A DNA stretch of 64,000 bases from Desulfosoma sp. (GTDB lineage: Bacteria; Desulfobacterota; Syntrophobacteria; Syntrophobacterales; DSM-9756), in NCBI GenBank assembly GCA_037481835.1, contig JBBFKW010000001.1, positions 64,001-128,000 of the forward strand, in the 5' to 3' direction. The notes below the pieces were generated by a model that did no database searches, had not been told where the DNA came from, and worked only from the letters and a program-made list of their open reading frames with translations. How positions within the stretch are numbered: position 1 is the first letter of the stretch; the number at the start of each line of letters is the position of its first letter. A program made the translations under genes and the position numbers. Shown here piece after piece: positions 37,230 through 48,142 of the stretch.

Positions 37230-37880
37230 CTCTTCTCTACTTCAAAAGCATAGTGATGTTTAACTTGCTGGCCGTGAGCTTGACCGTGGTTATTGGATTG
37301 TTACTCTTCCGGCACGCCCGAGCTTTTCTTTTTGCTGCCTAAATGCTACTGGATGGTGGTCAGAATGCCCCGCTTTTTGCCAGCGTGGCGAATTGGGGCG
37401 CCGTCTTTTGAATGGCCTTCTTGGCCGATTATTTGAAGGACATTGTAGACCGTCGCCCCAAAATTCAGCACCAAGTCATTGATGGAAAACTTTCCTGTGG
37501 GAAGCCAGTCCAAATCCAGATTCCTCTTCATTCCGCTGTAAAACAGCTCGCTCAGACCCCTGTTTTCCCGAGAACCGATATCGTGACTCCAACCACCCAA
37601 ACCAAAATCCCTCAGCTCGCCCTCCAGGTGTTGGGACCTCAAGACACTCAAAAGCACCGCCCGCTTTCCGGAACGCCCTTGGCGCACTTACCCTGCGTTG
37701 AAGACTTTGCGGGGCCAAACGTGCGCGTCGTCCTTCTGGGAACTCTTGAATACGTCCCCGCGGGAGTTCTTGGGAAGACTCAATCTCATCCAGCTGCTGG
37801 GGCGGCACGGTACACCAGACTCTTATGGATTAACATTCTTTTCAGGATTCGGGCTGATTTGAGGATTCCAGGAAGGTGCG
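37230..37880 (-). pseudogene. IS1380-family transposase remnant
   Basis: SELFYSGMKRNLDLDWLPTGKF..N.LVL...YNVLQIIGQ resembles the IS1380 C-terminus; frameshifted; boundaries approximate. Confidence 0.65.
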
Positions 37881-37890
37881 CTTTCCTGAC

Positions 37891-38991
37891 TCACACCTTA
37901 CTGAGACACTGTTCCAGTAATTTGTGGACGATGCTCGATGCCGCCATTCCGTTGCCGTAGAGGGACCCGGATCGGTGACCTGGGCCGAGTGCAGAGATCG
38001 CCTCCGCAATCAGAGTGCCATTGCACCCGGCGAGGATATTCCACCCTGCCTCGACGGTTTCGACCCACTCCGTCTCTTCGCGAAGAGTGACACAAGGGAT
38101 CTGAAAAAAGAAAGCCTCCTTCTGCATGCCGCCGGAGTCGGTGGCGATAACGGCGGCGTGGGATTCGAGCCAGATCATTTCCAGGTAGCCCACGGGATCG
38201 GTCACGGCAATGTTTTCGGGCAGGGGAAGGCCGAATTCGCCCAGGCGGCGTCGCGTCCTCGGGTGAAGCGGCAGGATCACCGGGCTTCCGCACGCCCCGA
38301 GTCCATCAAAGATGCCGCGTAGGCGCACCGGATCGTCCGTGTTTTCAGCCCGGTGGACGGTGGCAAGGACATAGCGTCCCGGTTCGAACCCCAAGTCGAC
38401 GAACCAGCGGGGCGGCCGGGCTCGGTCGCGGTAGTACAGGGCCGCATCGTACATGACGTCTCCCGTAAGGTGGATGCGTTCCTCCGGGATGCCCTCCTTT
38501 TGAAGGTTACGGACAGCCGTTTCCGTGGGGGCGAAAAGGAGGTCCGCCGCATGGTCCGTAAGCACCCGGTTAATCTCTTCGGGCATGCGCCGGTTGAAGC
38601 TTCGAAGCCCCGCCTCCACGTGGGCCACAGGGATGTGGAGTTTTACCGCCGCAAGGGCCCCGGCCAGGGTGGAATCCGTATCGCCGTAGACCAGGACCAC
38701 ATGGGGCTCTTCCCGGAGCATCACCCCCTCCAGGGCTTCCATCATGCGCCCGGTCATGGCCCCGTGGCTCAGGCCCCCAATGCCCAAATGATACTGGGGC
38801 CTGGGGATGTGGAGCTCCTCAAAAAAGACGTCCGACATGTCGGCATCGTAATGCTGCCCTGTATGGACGATGACCTCGGTGATCTCCGGCCGTGCGGCCA
38901 CGGCCCGGGACACCGCCGCCGCCTTGATGAACTGCGGCCGGGCCCCGACCACTGTGAGGATGCGCAGGCGTGAGTCCGGGGATCTCGTCAT
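37891..38991 (-). CDS. wecB: Non-hydrolysing UDP-GlcNAc 2-epimerase (WecB/WbpI-like)
   Basis: VGARPQFIK, HTGQHYD, GDTDSTLAG, HVEAGLRS, TDSGGMQKEA. Confidence 0.92.
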   Translation of the reverse strand: MTRSPDSRLRILTVVGARPQFIKAAAVSRAVAARPEITEVIVHTGQHYDADMSDVFFEELHIPRPQYHLGIGGLSHGAMTGRMMEALEGVMLREEPHVVLVYGDTDSTLAGALAAVKLHIPVAHVEAGLRSFNRRMPEEINRVLTDHAADLLFAPTETAVRNLQKEGIPEERIHLTGDVMYDAALYYRDRARPPRWFVDLGFEPGRYVLATVHRAENTDDPVRLRGIFDGLGACGSPVILPLHPRTRRRLGEFGLPLPENIAVTDPVGYLEMIWLESHAAVIATDSGGMQKEAFFFQIPCVTLREETEWVETVEAGWNILAGCNGTLIAEAISALGPGHRSGSLYGNGMAASSIVHKLLEQCLSKV

Positions 38992-39112
38992 GACAAAAGG
39001 CGTCCCCGAGAGAACGCGTGCATCAGAGGATTGCAGCAGCGATCCATGGCTTGGTATGTCCCGCGGTGGGCTAGAATTTGATTGTCCGCAATCGTATGGT
39101 GCAGGAAACTTT

Positions 39113-40504
39113 TCACGGTCGGATGAGCTCCTGGTAGAAGCGGCGAGCTTCCGGCTCTTGCAGTTCCGTATTGTGCCAAAGCAGGGTGAATTCCCCCCCT
39201 ACGGACAGGGCCCGCTCCTTGAGCGTTTGCATGAAAGAAAAAGCGCTCTCGGTCAGGCCCAGGCCCATGTAGCGCTCGGAGATCACCGAGCATTCCATCA
39301 CGATCAGGGGGCGCTCCTTGATCTCCAGAGGGCGGCGTTCGCAGAGGTCATAAAGGCTGTATTCGCGGCTTGTCCCGCACCGAAATCCGGCATGGTCGGC
39401 ATAGCTCAGCGTGGAATCGTAAGTCATGCCGGCCACTTCCCAGTTGCGGGCGGTTTCCGGGGTGCGCCATCTCAAATAGTGCTGGCGCCCGCCCAATTCA
39501 CCATAAGGAATGGATTCCTCGTCCAGGGTCCGACGCAAAAGGTCCGCCTCTATTTCGGTTTGTTTGCAATCCAGGTAGGTTGAGTACCCGGGATGCAGGC
39601 CGATTCGGTGGCCGCGCTCATGGATATGCCGAAGCAGCCGCCGAACTACGGGTTCTTGGATGGAGTAGCGGCCGTCCAACTTATGACGAGGGGCAGTCAT
39701 GAAAAAAAAGGAAACACGATTCCCCTCTTTTTCATTGACGTCCATCATCCAGCGGATAGCGTTCAGCCAAGGATCCCCGCGGAAGTCGCCCCTGCGAGCC
39801 CGCCATCTTCCATGAAGATTACATGCCGCGAGCTTCGGGTCCCGGCGCTTCAGCAGGTCCCCGGCCAAACCGCGCACGGAGGCGTTGAGAGAGCTTTCGA
39901 ACTTATAGGCACTGTCCACGTCGCAAGTAATTCGAAGAGTCCGTTGCCGGGGCTTTCGCTCCAGCCCGGGCCACAACCGCTTCATGGCCGCCCAAAGAAT
40001 TTCCACATATTCATCGACGATGGGGCGGTCAAGAAAGCCTTCCTGGTAGGCCAGGGACGCCCGGGCGGGAAATCGGTCGTGCTCATCGCGCTCTTGAACC
40101 ACAACTTCCTCATATCGAGAAAGCATGAAAAAGGCCGACCCGAAAATATCAATGGGGAGATGCCAGCATCCCTCGTCCTGCCGGAACTCGGGCAAAGGGT
40201 CGCCATAGATCACCGGGAGGTCTTTGTCGGTCAACTTTACTTTCCAGTCTGTTTCGTTGAAATTCCATCTCGGCAAAGGGCGCGCGGGAAGTGACGCCTG
40301 CTTGAGCCATAGATGCTCGCACATTGGAAAAAACGTCTCTGGAAGGACGATTTCACCCGGCTGCCCGGGGAGCCGGATCGTGGTGTTTTTCGCCTCGGTA
40401 TCCGTTTCCAAGCGCCACGTCAAACCCAAAAATTCGCCAAGGACGACCCCAAAAATGTAAGTGCGCTCGCTCAAACAGCTTTCAGGTGTTCTAACGATTA
40501 ACAA
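39113..40504 (-). CDS. Polysaccharide deacetylase family protein
   Basis: FFMLSRYEE, TCDVD, IGLHPGY, RQHYLR, GFRCGT, LLWHN. Confidence 0.8.
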   Translation of the reverse strand: MLIVRTPESCLSERTYIFGVVLGEFLGLTWRLETDTEAKNTTIRLPGQPGEIVLPETFFPMCEHLWLKQASLPARPLPRWNFNETDWKVKLTDKDLPVIYGDPLPEFRQDEGCWHLPIDIFGSAFFMLSRYEEVVVQERDEHDRFPARASLAYQEGFLDRPIVDEYVEILWAAMKRLWPGLERKPRQRTLRITCDVDSAYKFESSLNASVRGLAGDLLKRRDPKLAACNLHGRWRARRGDFRGDPWLNAIRWMMDVNEKEGNRVSFFFMTAPRHKLDGRYSIQEPVVRRLLRHIHERGHRIGLHPGYSTYLDCKQTEIEADLLRRTLDEESIPYGELGGRQHYLRWRTPETARNWEVAGMTYDSTLSYADHAGFRCGTSREYSLYDLCERRPLEIKERPLIVMECSVISERYMGLGLTESAFSFMQTLKERALSVGGEFTLLWHNTELQEPEARRFYQELIRP

Positions 40505-40808
40505 GCAGTACTCCCTTCAGGATCTTTCTTGCCAACATGGCCGCACCCACAAGAACGTTTTTCACTCGTGTCACCTGGAAATAGGGCACCTGCTCCGCCC
40601 CGAAGGCACGGAAAAAGCGCTCCACTGGTTCCAGCATCGAACCTTCGAAATCGAAGACCTGTATGTGTTTCGGCTCATTGATGATCGCATGCCAAAGGCA
40701 AAGACTTCCCGCCCCACTGTTGCGAAGCTCCGGATCGCTTCCGCCCATTGAGAAACCACCTCCAAGCAGATCAATGACCCCGGACACGCGAGCATCCCAC
40801 CCTACCAT
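40491..40808 (-). pseudogene. C-terminal fragment of a GNAT/FemAB-like acyltransferase, truncated next to ISL3
   Basis: GSDPELRNSGAGSL...FDFEGSM...ERFFRAFGA; N-terminus missing at the IS end. Confidence 0.7.
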
Positions 40809-40832
40809 CTCGAACCTCGGTAATAAAAAAAG

Positions 40833-41780
40833 GGTTCATCCGGCTAATGAGTACCTCTGATTGTGCAGATGGTAGACGTGGAGACGGAAATAGTCCATGC
40901 CCCTGAAGCCATAGGCTTGACGTTTGAGCGTTTTGATTTTGTTGACCAGCCCTTTTAACGGGCCGTTGGTGCTGCGGTGATGGAAGTCGTTGAGCAAGGC
41001 TGTCTTGTAGGCGGCCAAGGTCTTGCCGGCCTTCATCAGATGCTTGATGCCGGAAGCCATTGTGTCGCGGCACCAAGTTTCCATGAATTTTCCGGCACTG
41101 GCCGCGTTGTCCTTTTCCCAGAAGACTCTGAGTTGCTCCTTCATGCTATGAATGATGTAGAGCGGCTGGTTCACTTCCACCAATTGCTCAAGTCTCGCCC
41201 GCCCGTCGTCGTCGAGGGATTCGTAGGTAGTGTAAATCAGATTGTGTAATTTCGCAGAGGGTAGAAAAAGGGCGCTTTTCCTTTACATCAGGTTGGTCAC
41301 CACAACCACGCCGGAGAAAGGAGAAGCGACCATGGAAATTAAGATCAGTGTGCCAGAAGTGGTCAGCATTTTCAAAGAGATTCAAACGGCTCCCGAAAGG
41401 ATCTTTGAGATCATCCGTGCCGATCTCAGGCAGAGCGTAGGAAATTACCTCAGTGAGCTCATGAACGTGGAATTCAGCCAGTTCCTGGGCCGATAGCCCT
41501 GTGAGAAAAAGGAAGTTTAAGCCAGCACAACGCGCCGCATCGCAGGCACTTCATGCGGAGATATTGGATGGCCAAATAACAACTTTTAGTCTCATAGGCC
41601 CCATCAGAAGACGCCGCGTTTTGCTTCCCTTGAAGACCACTTCCCGGTGGCCACATTCCGGGCACTTGTGCAAACTGCGATTCAGCCGAGCCCTGAAGAC
41701 GACTGTAGAACCCACATACTCCGTCGCTTGATAGGTGATTGCCTTCAGTCCGAAAGCGTGGTAAAGAATAGATGTGGATA
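40833..41780 (-). mobile_element. Degenerate ISL3-family element (internally deleted, interrupted by an IS256 fragment)
   Basis: C-terminus STNGPLKGLVNKIKTLKRQAYGFR (40836-41183); N-terminus (I)STSILYHAFG...CPECG from ~41780; end CCGGATGAACC next to an A-tract. Confidence 0.8.
41226..41496 (+). mobile_element. IS256-family left-end fragment
   Basis: GGTAGTGTAAATC terminus then MEIKISVPEVV...YLSELMNVEFSQFLGR, truncated. Confidence 0.6.
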
Positions 41781-41987
41781 TGGTCAGGACCTCGTTTGGC
41801 TGCGAGAGTGGTGTTGAGCAGCCAAAGTCTTGCCATGTCCATTTTTTGTTGGCAACAGTCAGGTATCGATTTGCAGCATGATCCCCAAAAAGCTGGTCTA
41901 CGAAATCCGGAACAGCTCATCCTCGATGAAGTCACGGATTCGTAGTATAGATATATAGGCTATTTTGAAGTGAATTCTCTCGCCCCA

Positions 41988-43037
41988 TTAAAACTGCTCA
42001 GAACGCTTCAGTTTAGCGAGCAAATGCTCTTTAATCCATTTTCTACTCCCGTGAGGCAGCGACATTAAAAAGGCTGAGATAATTAGACTACCGACGGATT
42101 CGTATCGAACGTACCTCGATGCCTTCAAAAGGTACGGTGCACCCTTAAGTATTCCCGGCCATCCCAAAGAAATCAATCGCCCAACATAGCATGCAGACTT
42201 AACGTCTTCCACTGGGTAACGAATTCCACACAGATGCCAGAGAAAATCGCTGTTGTTCATAAACGTAAATTCTATGGAAGCCCACAGCTTTGCGTTTATT
42301 TCCATAAATACATAATCCTTTCTATTCGGACAATATTTATATTCTGCCAACCCCCATCCACTGTATTCCATGGATTCAAGGATTCTCTCTGTGTAGGCTT
42401 TTATTCGCTCATCATGGAAAACTCTGATATAAACAGCGGACCCTCCCAGGATGGGGAAGCTCAGTAACTCTTCATGCTGGAATGAAGTAATGGTTCGTCC
42501 ACCTTGAGCAATAAAACCCATCCCATAAGTCCGACTTCCCGTAATGTACTCTTGATAGATGAGCCCTTCTTTATGTTCCAGCTTCTCAAGTTCTCTAACA
42601 GACCACACAACCCCCCGAGGTCCTCCGCCCCTTTCGAATTTAGGTTTATAGAAGATCGGATACGGTACATCTATGACCTCGGGCTCTTCATATGTTTGCG
42701 GCACGGGCACCCCCAGGTTCTTCACGTGAGAGAGGAAGGTATATTTCCTAAAGCAGCGAAGGTTTGCTTTGCTGTAATCAACCCCGTTCACTCGAAAAGT
42801 TCCAAAATGGGTTATCATCCAGTGAGTACTTCTCGCCCCCGTAGGCAAGACACAATCATAGCCTTCGACTGAACGTTCATTCTGGACATAAAATAGCTTC
42901 TCGTAATATTTGTGGTTGCGCATTCTTTCGCCAGGCATGAAACCACCATGCACGATATATCCGTCATACTTTCGCAGGTAACCCGCTACTGCTAAGGCCT
43001 GGTCACTTAGAGGGGATAAAATTAACATTTTCTTCAT
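41988..43037 (-). CDS. ATP-grasp (carboxylate-amine ligase) protein
   Basis: VPVPQT, PIFYKP, YQEYI, GGS, AEYK, MEINAKLW. Confidence 0.8.
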   Translation of the reverse strand: MKKMLILSPLSDQALAVAGYLRKYDGYIVHGGFMPGERMRNHKYYEKLFYVQNERSVEGYDCVLPTGARSTHWMITHFGTFRVNGVDYSKANLRCFRKYTFLSHVKNLGVPVPQTYEEPEVIDVPYPIFYKPKFERGGGPRGVVWSVRELEKLEHKEGLIYQEYITGSRTYGMGFIAQGGRTITSFQHEELLSFPILGGSAVYIRVFHDERIKAYTERILESMEYSGWGLAEYKYCPNRKDYVFMEINAKLWASIEFTFMNNSDFLWHLCGIRYPVEDVKSACYVGRLISLGWPGILKGAPYLLKASRYVRYESVGSLIISAFLMSLPHGSRKWIKEHLLAKLKRSEQF

Positions 43038-43753
43038 TTTTCCACCCAGACCATACAGCACACTCTTTCCGTTTCTTCCCAGGCTTGTTTTTGGTATAAG
43101 CGAGGGACGATTTTTTCACAGAAGAGGTACAAGATCTTGTTAGGCACGACGCGCCTCATCATTTTCGAGTAGAAAGCATCGTATTTCCCACCGAATTTGG
43201 CTATTTTGATTCGTGCTGTTTTAATCATCGACGATTTGACAATGGCTTCAACTTCAGACGGCTCAAAAAATCTAATATCGTATAAAGGATCTCTGAGTGC
43301 CAATTGCTTAAACTTTCCAACTAGACTTTTATTCAGTTGATTATGCACGAAGAATACGATGATCTTGGCTACGCGCTCTTGTTCCTTAAGCAATAATAAG
43401 ATATCCATGTCGTCTGGCATATATATAAAAAAACCATTGTGAAAAACACAATCAAAAGAATCATCTAGGTACGGGAGCTGAAAGGCATCTGCGTGGTCGT
43501 ATCGCAAGTTAGGGTGTGAGAATCGCTTTCTTAATTTTTCTATAAGACGGCCTTCATAATCACTTGCTGTTACTTTCACACCTCTTTTCGCGAGATAAAT
43601 GCTGTCTCTGCTACTCCCACAGGCAATCTCGAGAACACTTTTTACTTTCGGGAAGAACGAATGAATGAAAATACCTGTTCTTGGAGGTACCTCAAGATAC
43701 TGTTGAAGGCGTGCTTGCCAGCATTTAAACCACTCATCGGGATCCACTTTCAT
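43034..43753 (-). CDS. Class I SAM-dependent methyltransferase
   Basis: VLEIACGS, ASD, DAFQLPYLDDSFD. Confidence 0.85.
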   Translation of the reverse strand: MKVDPDEWFKCWQARLQQYLEVPPRTGIFIHSFFPKVKSVLEIACGSSRDSIYLAKRGVKVTASDYEGRLIEKLRKRFSHPNLRYDHADAFQLPYLDDSFDCVFHNGFFIYMPDDMDILLLLKEQERVAKIIVFFVHNQLNKSLVGKFKQLALRDPLYDIRFFEPSEVEAIVKSSMIKTARIKIAKFGGKYDAFYSKMMRRVVPNKILYLFCEKIVPRLYQKQAWEETERVCCMVWVEK

Positions 43754-43906
43754 TCTTATTTCTCCCTAGTTAACGCCTCAATAGCTAATAGCACCCGCTT
43801 GGGCATCTTTAGAATCAATAGAAACTAGTCTTTCCATACAACCCCATGCTTCTTCTCAAGTCTTCCAAGAAGCGCTTCCATGATGCTCCAAGTGCTCCGG
43901 GAGGGC

Positions 43907-45235
43907 TCATGCCCGCAGACGTCGCGATTTCAGGTTAAGACTAATGGCGTAGGCATTCATAAGATACAGTATACCATACATACACGTCGAGAGGATACTA
44001 TGCAAAAGAATGTAGACGTCGGGGGACAAATTAAGCATTTTTGCCACAAGGAATATCAACACTACAAGAATCAATCTGCTGCCGTCCCATACTAACTGCC
44101 AGTATGGTAATTCGTGTACCGAGAGGTGAGAAACCGTAGTAGCTACGAATTGTGCCATGACCATGGGTGTCAGGTATAGGGCGTAATAACCAGCTGCGGT
44201 CCACTGCTCACCAAAAACAAATCTAAAAGCAAAGGGACTAATTATTCCCCCGATGGTCAGAAACAGACTAACACCGATTAATTTTCTTGAAGTCCTGAAA
44301 AATAACAATTTTAAACCGATAGGATCACTCCGCACCAATTTGGCGGATTCAGCCCAGAAAATCTGAGTGACGGCCTGGCCAATCAATTGCATAGGGATAC
44401 CAATTACGCTTTGGGCGAGAAGATAACATCCAGCAACGGTCGATTGATAAAGACTTGTCAGCAGAATCGCTGTGAGTTGCAAATTTGCCGTGTTCACGAC
44501 ACCTACACCTGTGTAGAGAAAGGCAAATTTCCAGTAGCGGGAGAAAGAGCTCTTGATGTCTGAGGTGCTCACTCGCAATAGAATGTCCCGGTCTTGTTTC
44601 CATAATAGAGCTCCGAAGGTGCAGATTCCCGCTGCTTGCCCCGTCAAGCCTCCCAGTAGGAGGCCAAGTGGCCCCCATTTGCATATCCCGAGCCCGATGT
44701 TTAGGCTTGTTTGAGACAAGCTGCGGCTGAGGCGAGTCTTTGCGATTGCTTTGAAATTTTTTTTGCGGAGGGCCCAAACATTGAGTGCCTGATAGGATGC
44801 GCCCGCAAGTATGTATAAAGGGAGAAGCCACAGATAGGACTCAGTCATAGAGATTATGTCGACCTTATGGAATATCCTTAAAAAAAACTTTACAAGTGGC
44901 ACAGAAAAAACTGCTACTGCCGTCATAACCATAAAACATAGAACAAGAAGATTTATGGCGTCGTCATCACTTTCGGGATTGGGTATGCCCCATTCAAAGC
45001 GAAACGTTGCAACCACCATAGCCATAGCAGCAATAGATCCAAAGACACCGAAAACGCCATAATCCGAAGGGCTGTAAATGCGTGTGATAATGGGGGCAGC
45101 CAGGACATTAATGATTTGAGCAAATGCAGAGCTTCCCGCTAGGAGTGAAAAATTTCTTTTGAATTCTCCATGTGGAAGCAATACTTTCACTTGATTTAGA
45201 ATAGGCGTCAGTAGCATTTTATCTTGATCTTGCAT
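43907..45235 (-). CDS. wzx: Polysaccharide flippase (Wzx)
   Basis: Polytopic; AQII...PIITRIYSPSDYGVF, FGEQW; start moved downstream of the ORF-track start. Confidence 0.85.
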   Translation of the reverse strand: MQDQDKMLLTPILNQVKVLLPHGEFKRNFSLLAGSSAFAQIINVLAAPIITRIYSPSDYGVFGVFGSIAAMAMVVATFRFEWGIPNPESDDDAINLLVLCFMVMTAVAVFSVPLVKFFLRIFHKVDIISMTESYLWLLPLYILAGASYQALNVWALRKKNFKAIAKTRLSRSLSQTSLNIGLGICKWGPLGLLLGGLTGQAAGICTFGALLWKQDRDILLRVSTSDIKSSFSRYWKFAFLYTGVGVVNTANLQLTAILLTSLYQSTVAGCYLLAQSVIGIPMQLIGQAVTQIFWAESAKLVRSDPIGLKLLFFRTSRKLIGVSLFLTIGGIISPFAFRFVFGEQWTAAGYYALYLTPMVMAQFVATTVSHLSVHELPYWQLVWDGSRLILVVLIFLVAKMLNLSPDVYILLHSILSTCMYGILYLMNAYAISLNLKSRRLRA

Positions 45236-45727
45236 AGGTACGGAAAGCGAGCGACCCCAAAAAGGCTTTGTGCATATTGCCGGACAGCTTCCAGCACCAA
45301 AGCCAGATACCTCAGCTCTTTGCGTAGGATCAGCCCGACTTGCGGCCTTCACAATGCGCTTTCGACTTGTACCTGCCCATGCATTCCTTTCCGCTGCTAG
45401 CTCTCTCCCAATCTTCGTGAATCCGTTGAGGCCCGGGTGATTGGCACGGGACCGCGTATCAAGCTGCAATTGGGGCAGCATTGTCCGCGGTATGCGGCCT
45501 TTCGAGGGCTCTTTGTAAAATTATGCCTGGCCTAAAATCCTCATAAGGGGGGCGGGGCACGCAGATACCCCCTGGTGGCTTAAAGGAGGAAGTGCGTCCC
45601 AGTAAGGCAGTATTTGTTGCTCCGTGATACATTATCCGGATTTTAACGGCTGCGGCGTCCGATCCTGATGTGAACCGGCCGCCCTGCTGGTTAAAAAAGG
45701 CGCTCTAAACGGTCCGCAGAGGTTCGT

Positions 45728-46424
45728 TTACCCAGCCGTCACCGACTCAAGTTTGACCTCCACTGATACCCGGCCTTTCTTCTCCTTGGCAAGAGCTTTC
45801 TCTCCTATAGGGCGACTCGCAGACTGAACCAACCTTGCGTCTACTGCAATCCCTTCATTTGAGACCCTGCTACGAAAACGAGAAAAGGTCGAATGGTCAG
45901 GAGTCGGCTTGTCTAGGGCAAGCCGCAAAAATTTTTTGAACGATCTCCGGTCAGTGATCTGGTTCTCAAGCTCAGGGCCGGAGGGAATCCGAAAGCACTT
46001 TCGCAACAGCCATGCCTTGAGCAATATCAACGGGGGATACGCATCGGCCTCTCCCTTACTCCGCTCCTCACGACCTTGTAGTGCTCTATCAACAGGGCCA
46101 CGGTGTTCCTCCAATTAACCACGTCGTCAGTGCGCTTCATCATCCGAAGGCTTCGGTCCTGTCACAGGGATTTCCTTGCCGCCAGATCGGCGAAACTCAG
46201 AGTGTGTCCTTGCCTCTACTATCCGATGGCTTCCCCGTTGGCGGTAATCTCTTTTAAACTAAAGCATAACATGCTTTGAAGCATTATGAAAGTAATTTCA
46301 GAATATTAGGCCTAGTATCTTGTGTACGTATTTCGGGGCGGTTCGACTGCTTCGGTTAGCGACATTTATTCCGGTGAGCAACGCCCCGGAGGTGACATAC
46401 ACCCTCAGGTTGCGCAAAGGTCTC
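45728..46424 (-). mobile_element. IS5-family transposase remnant with left terminal repeat
   Basis: AYPPLILLKAWLL...ELENQITDR.SF..FL...PDHSTFSRFR, VDARLV; minus-strand terminus GAGACCTTTGCGCA starting at 46424. Confidence 0.75.
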
Positions 46425-46513
46425 TTGTTCACCTGCCGAAACTAACATAACCCTCAAAGAGGTGCCGAACCGGGATCATAAGATTGCTCTTGGAAAGGGA
46501 TGCGAAGTGCACT

Positions 46514-48139
46514 TCACAGGCCCTGCAATGCATCAAGAACCCGGGCTTGGGCTGTTTGCGCCATGTACGGCCCGAAGGGAAGGCTGAAGACCGTTCGCGA
46601 GGCTTCTTCGGCGACGGGGAAGTCGCCCGGGCGGTAGCCAAGGGAGGCGAAGGCGCCCTGTAGATGCAGGGGCTTCGGATAATAGACCGCCGTGGGAACG
46701 CCCGCTTTCTTCAGCCGATCCATGAGGATGGATCGCGTGTGCGGGTCCTTGGCCCGCACCGTGTACTGGGCCCAGGCGGACAGCGAGCCTTCCGGGACAA
46801 CGGGAGGCGTCAGCGCTCCGTCCAGGGCCCGCAGCCCTTCGGTGTAGCGGGCGGCGACGTCCTGGCGGGCTTGAAGCTCGGCGGGGAAGGCTTCGAACTT
46901 GGCCTGGAGGATGGCCGCCTGGAGCGTGTCCAGCCGGGCGTTCAGGCCGATCCGCACGTTGTCGTACTTGTCCGTTCCCTTGCCGTGAACCACAAGGGAA
47001 CGACACACGTCCGCGATGTCGTCCCGGTCCGTAAAGACCATGCCACCGTCCCCGTAGCCTCCCAGGGGCTTCGCCGGAAAGAAGCTCGTCGCCCCCACGT
47101 CCCCGAGGGATCCCGCCTTTCGGCCCTTGTATTCGGCGCCGAAGGACTGGGCCGCATCCTCAATGAGAAAGAGACCGTGTTCTTCACACACGGCCCGCAA
47201 GGCGTCGTAGTCCGCCGGAAGTCCATAAAGGTCCACGGCGATCATCCCTCGAGGCCGAAGTTTCTTGTACGCCTCGCCCCGGGGCAGCGGGTGGAGGTCC
47301 GCACGACCGTCCCGGAGGGCCCGCACGGCCCGGTCCGCCGACCCCGGGTCCATGTTGTAGGTCTCGGGGTCGATGTCCGCAAAGACGGGGACCGCCCCGA
47401 GAAGGGCAATGACTTCCGCCGTCGCGATGAAGGTGAAAGGGGTCGTCACCACCGCATCGCCGGGACCCACGCCGTAGGCCATGAGCGCCAAAAGAAGGGC
47501 GTCGGTGCCGGAACTGCAGCCCACGGCGTGTTTGACTCCGACGTAATCCGCCACGGCCCTTTCCAATCGCGCCACTTCCGGGCCCAGAATATATCGGCCG
47601 TGATGCAACACGGTATGGATCCCCTCTTCGAGGCGCGGCCGGATCGCGTCCTGCTGGGCCTTCAGGTCCATGAACTCCAAGGGGGAAGCCTTTTCCCCGA
47701 GGCGCAAGAAATCGACGGGGGAAACGGCGTCGGGGCACTTTGCAAGCACGGCGGCGTCGCGGGTGAGCAGCCGAATCGTTCCCGGAGCAAAACGCCTTAA
47801 GGCCCGAATCAGTTGCTCGTCTTCCGGATCGTCGGCCCCGTACACATCCCCTTCCCCCGAAAGCGCCGCCAGCCAGTGCATGTCCTTGGCCAGTTCCCGG
47901 AGAAGTTCACGGGTCCGATGAGACACCTGTCGCGGAGTGGGGAAAATCCCCTGCTTCGCCCATTGCCGGCAGAGTTCCGAGCGCGTGACGTATTCCAGGG
48001 TCTGGACACTTCCCGCATAGAGCCACACCCGGCCGCCTTGAGCCCGACACGCGGCCACGGCGTCCCGCACCACCTGGAAATGGGGTTCCCGCCCCGTGCA
48101 GAGATCCACCGCAACATTGACATCCAACAGGAGATCCAT
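46514..48139 (-). CDS. PIN-domain / WbpE-type DegT aminotransferase fusion
   Basis: Residues ~1-150 PIN-like (LLDVNVAVD, DDPED, LLTRD); then EFMDLKAQQ, SSGTDAL, EDAAQSFG, SFFPAKPLGGYGDGG. Confidence 0.85.
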   Translation of the reverse strand: MDLLLDVNVAVDLCTGREPHFQVVRDAVAACRAQGGRVWLYAGSVQTLEYVTRSELCRQWAKQGIFPTPRQVSHRTRELLRELAKDMHWLAALSGEGDVYGADDPEDEQLIRALRRFAPGTIRLLTRDAAVLAKCPDAVSPVDFLRLGEKASPLEFMDLKAQQDAIRPRLEEGIHTVLHHGRYILGPEVARLERAVADYVGVKHAVGCSSGTDALLLALMAYGVGPGDAVVTTPFTFIATAEVIALLGAVPVFADIDPETYNMDPGSADRAVRALRDGRADLHPLPRGEAYKKLRPRGMIAVDLYGLPADYDALRAVCEEHGLFLIEDAAQSFGAEYKGRKAGSLGDVGATSFFPAKPLGGYGDGGMVFTDRDDIADVCRSLVVHGKGTDKYDNVRIGLNARLDTLQAAILQAKFEAFPAELQARQDVAARYTEGLRALDGALTPPVVPEGSLSAWAQYTVRAKDPHTRSILMDRLKKAGVPTAVYYPKPLHLQGAFASLGYRPGDFPVAEEASRTVFSLPFGPYMAQTAQARVLDALQGL

Positions 48140-48142
48140 CTT

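Noticed and set aside
45507..45530. GGCTCTTTGTAAAA as a possible IS terminus
   Set aside because: No matching partner end or transposase could be tied to it
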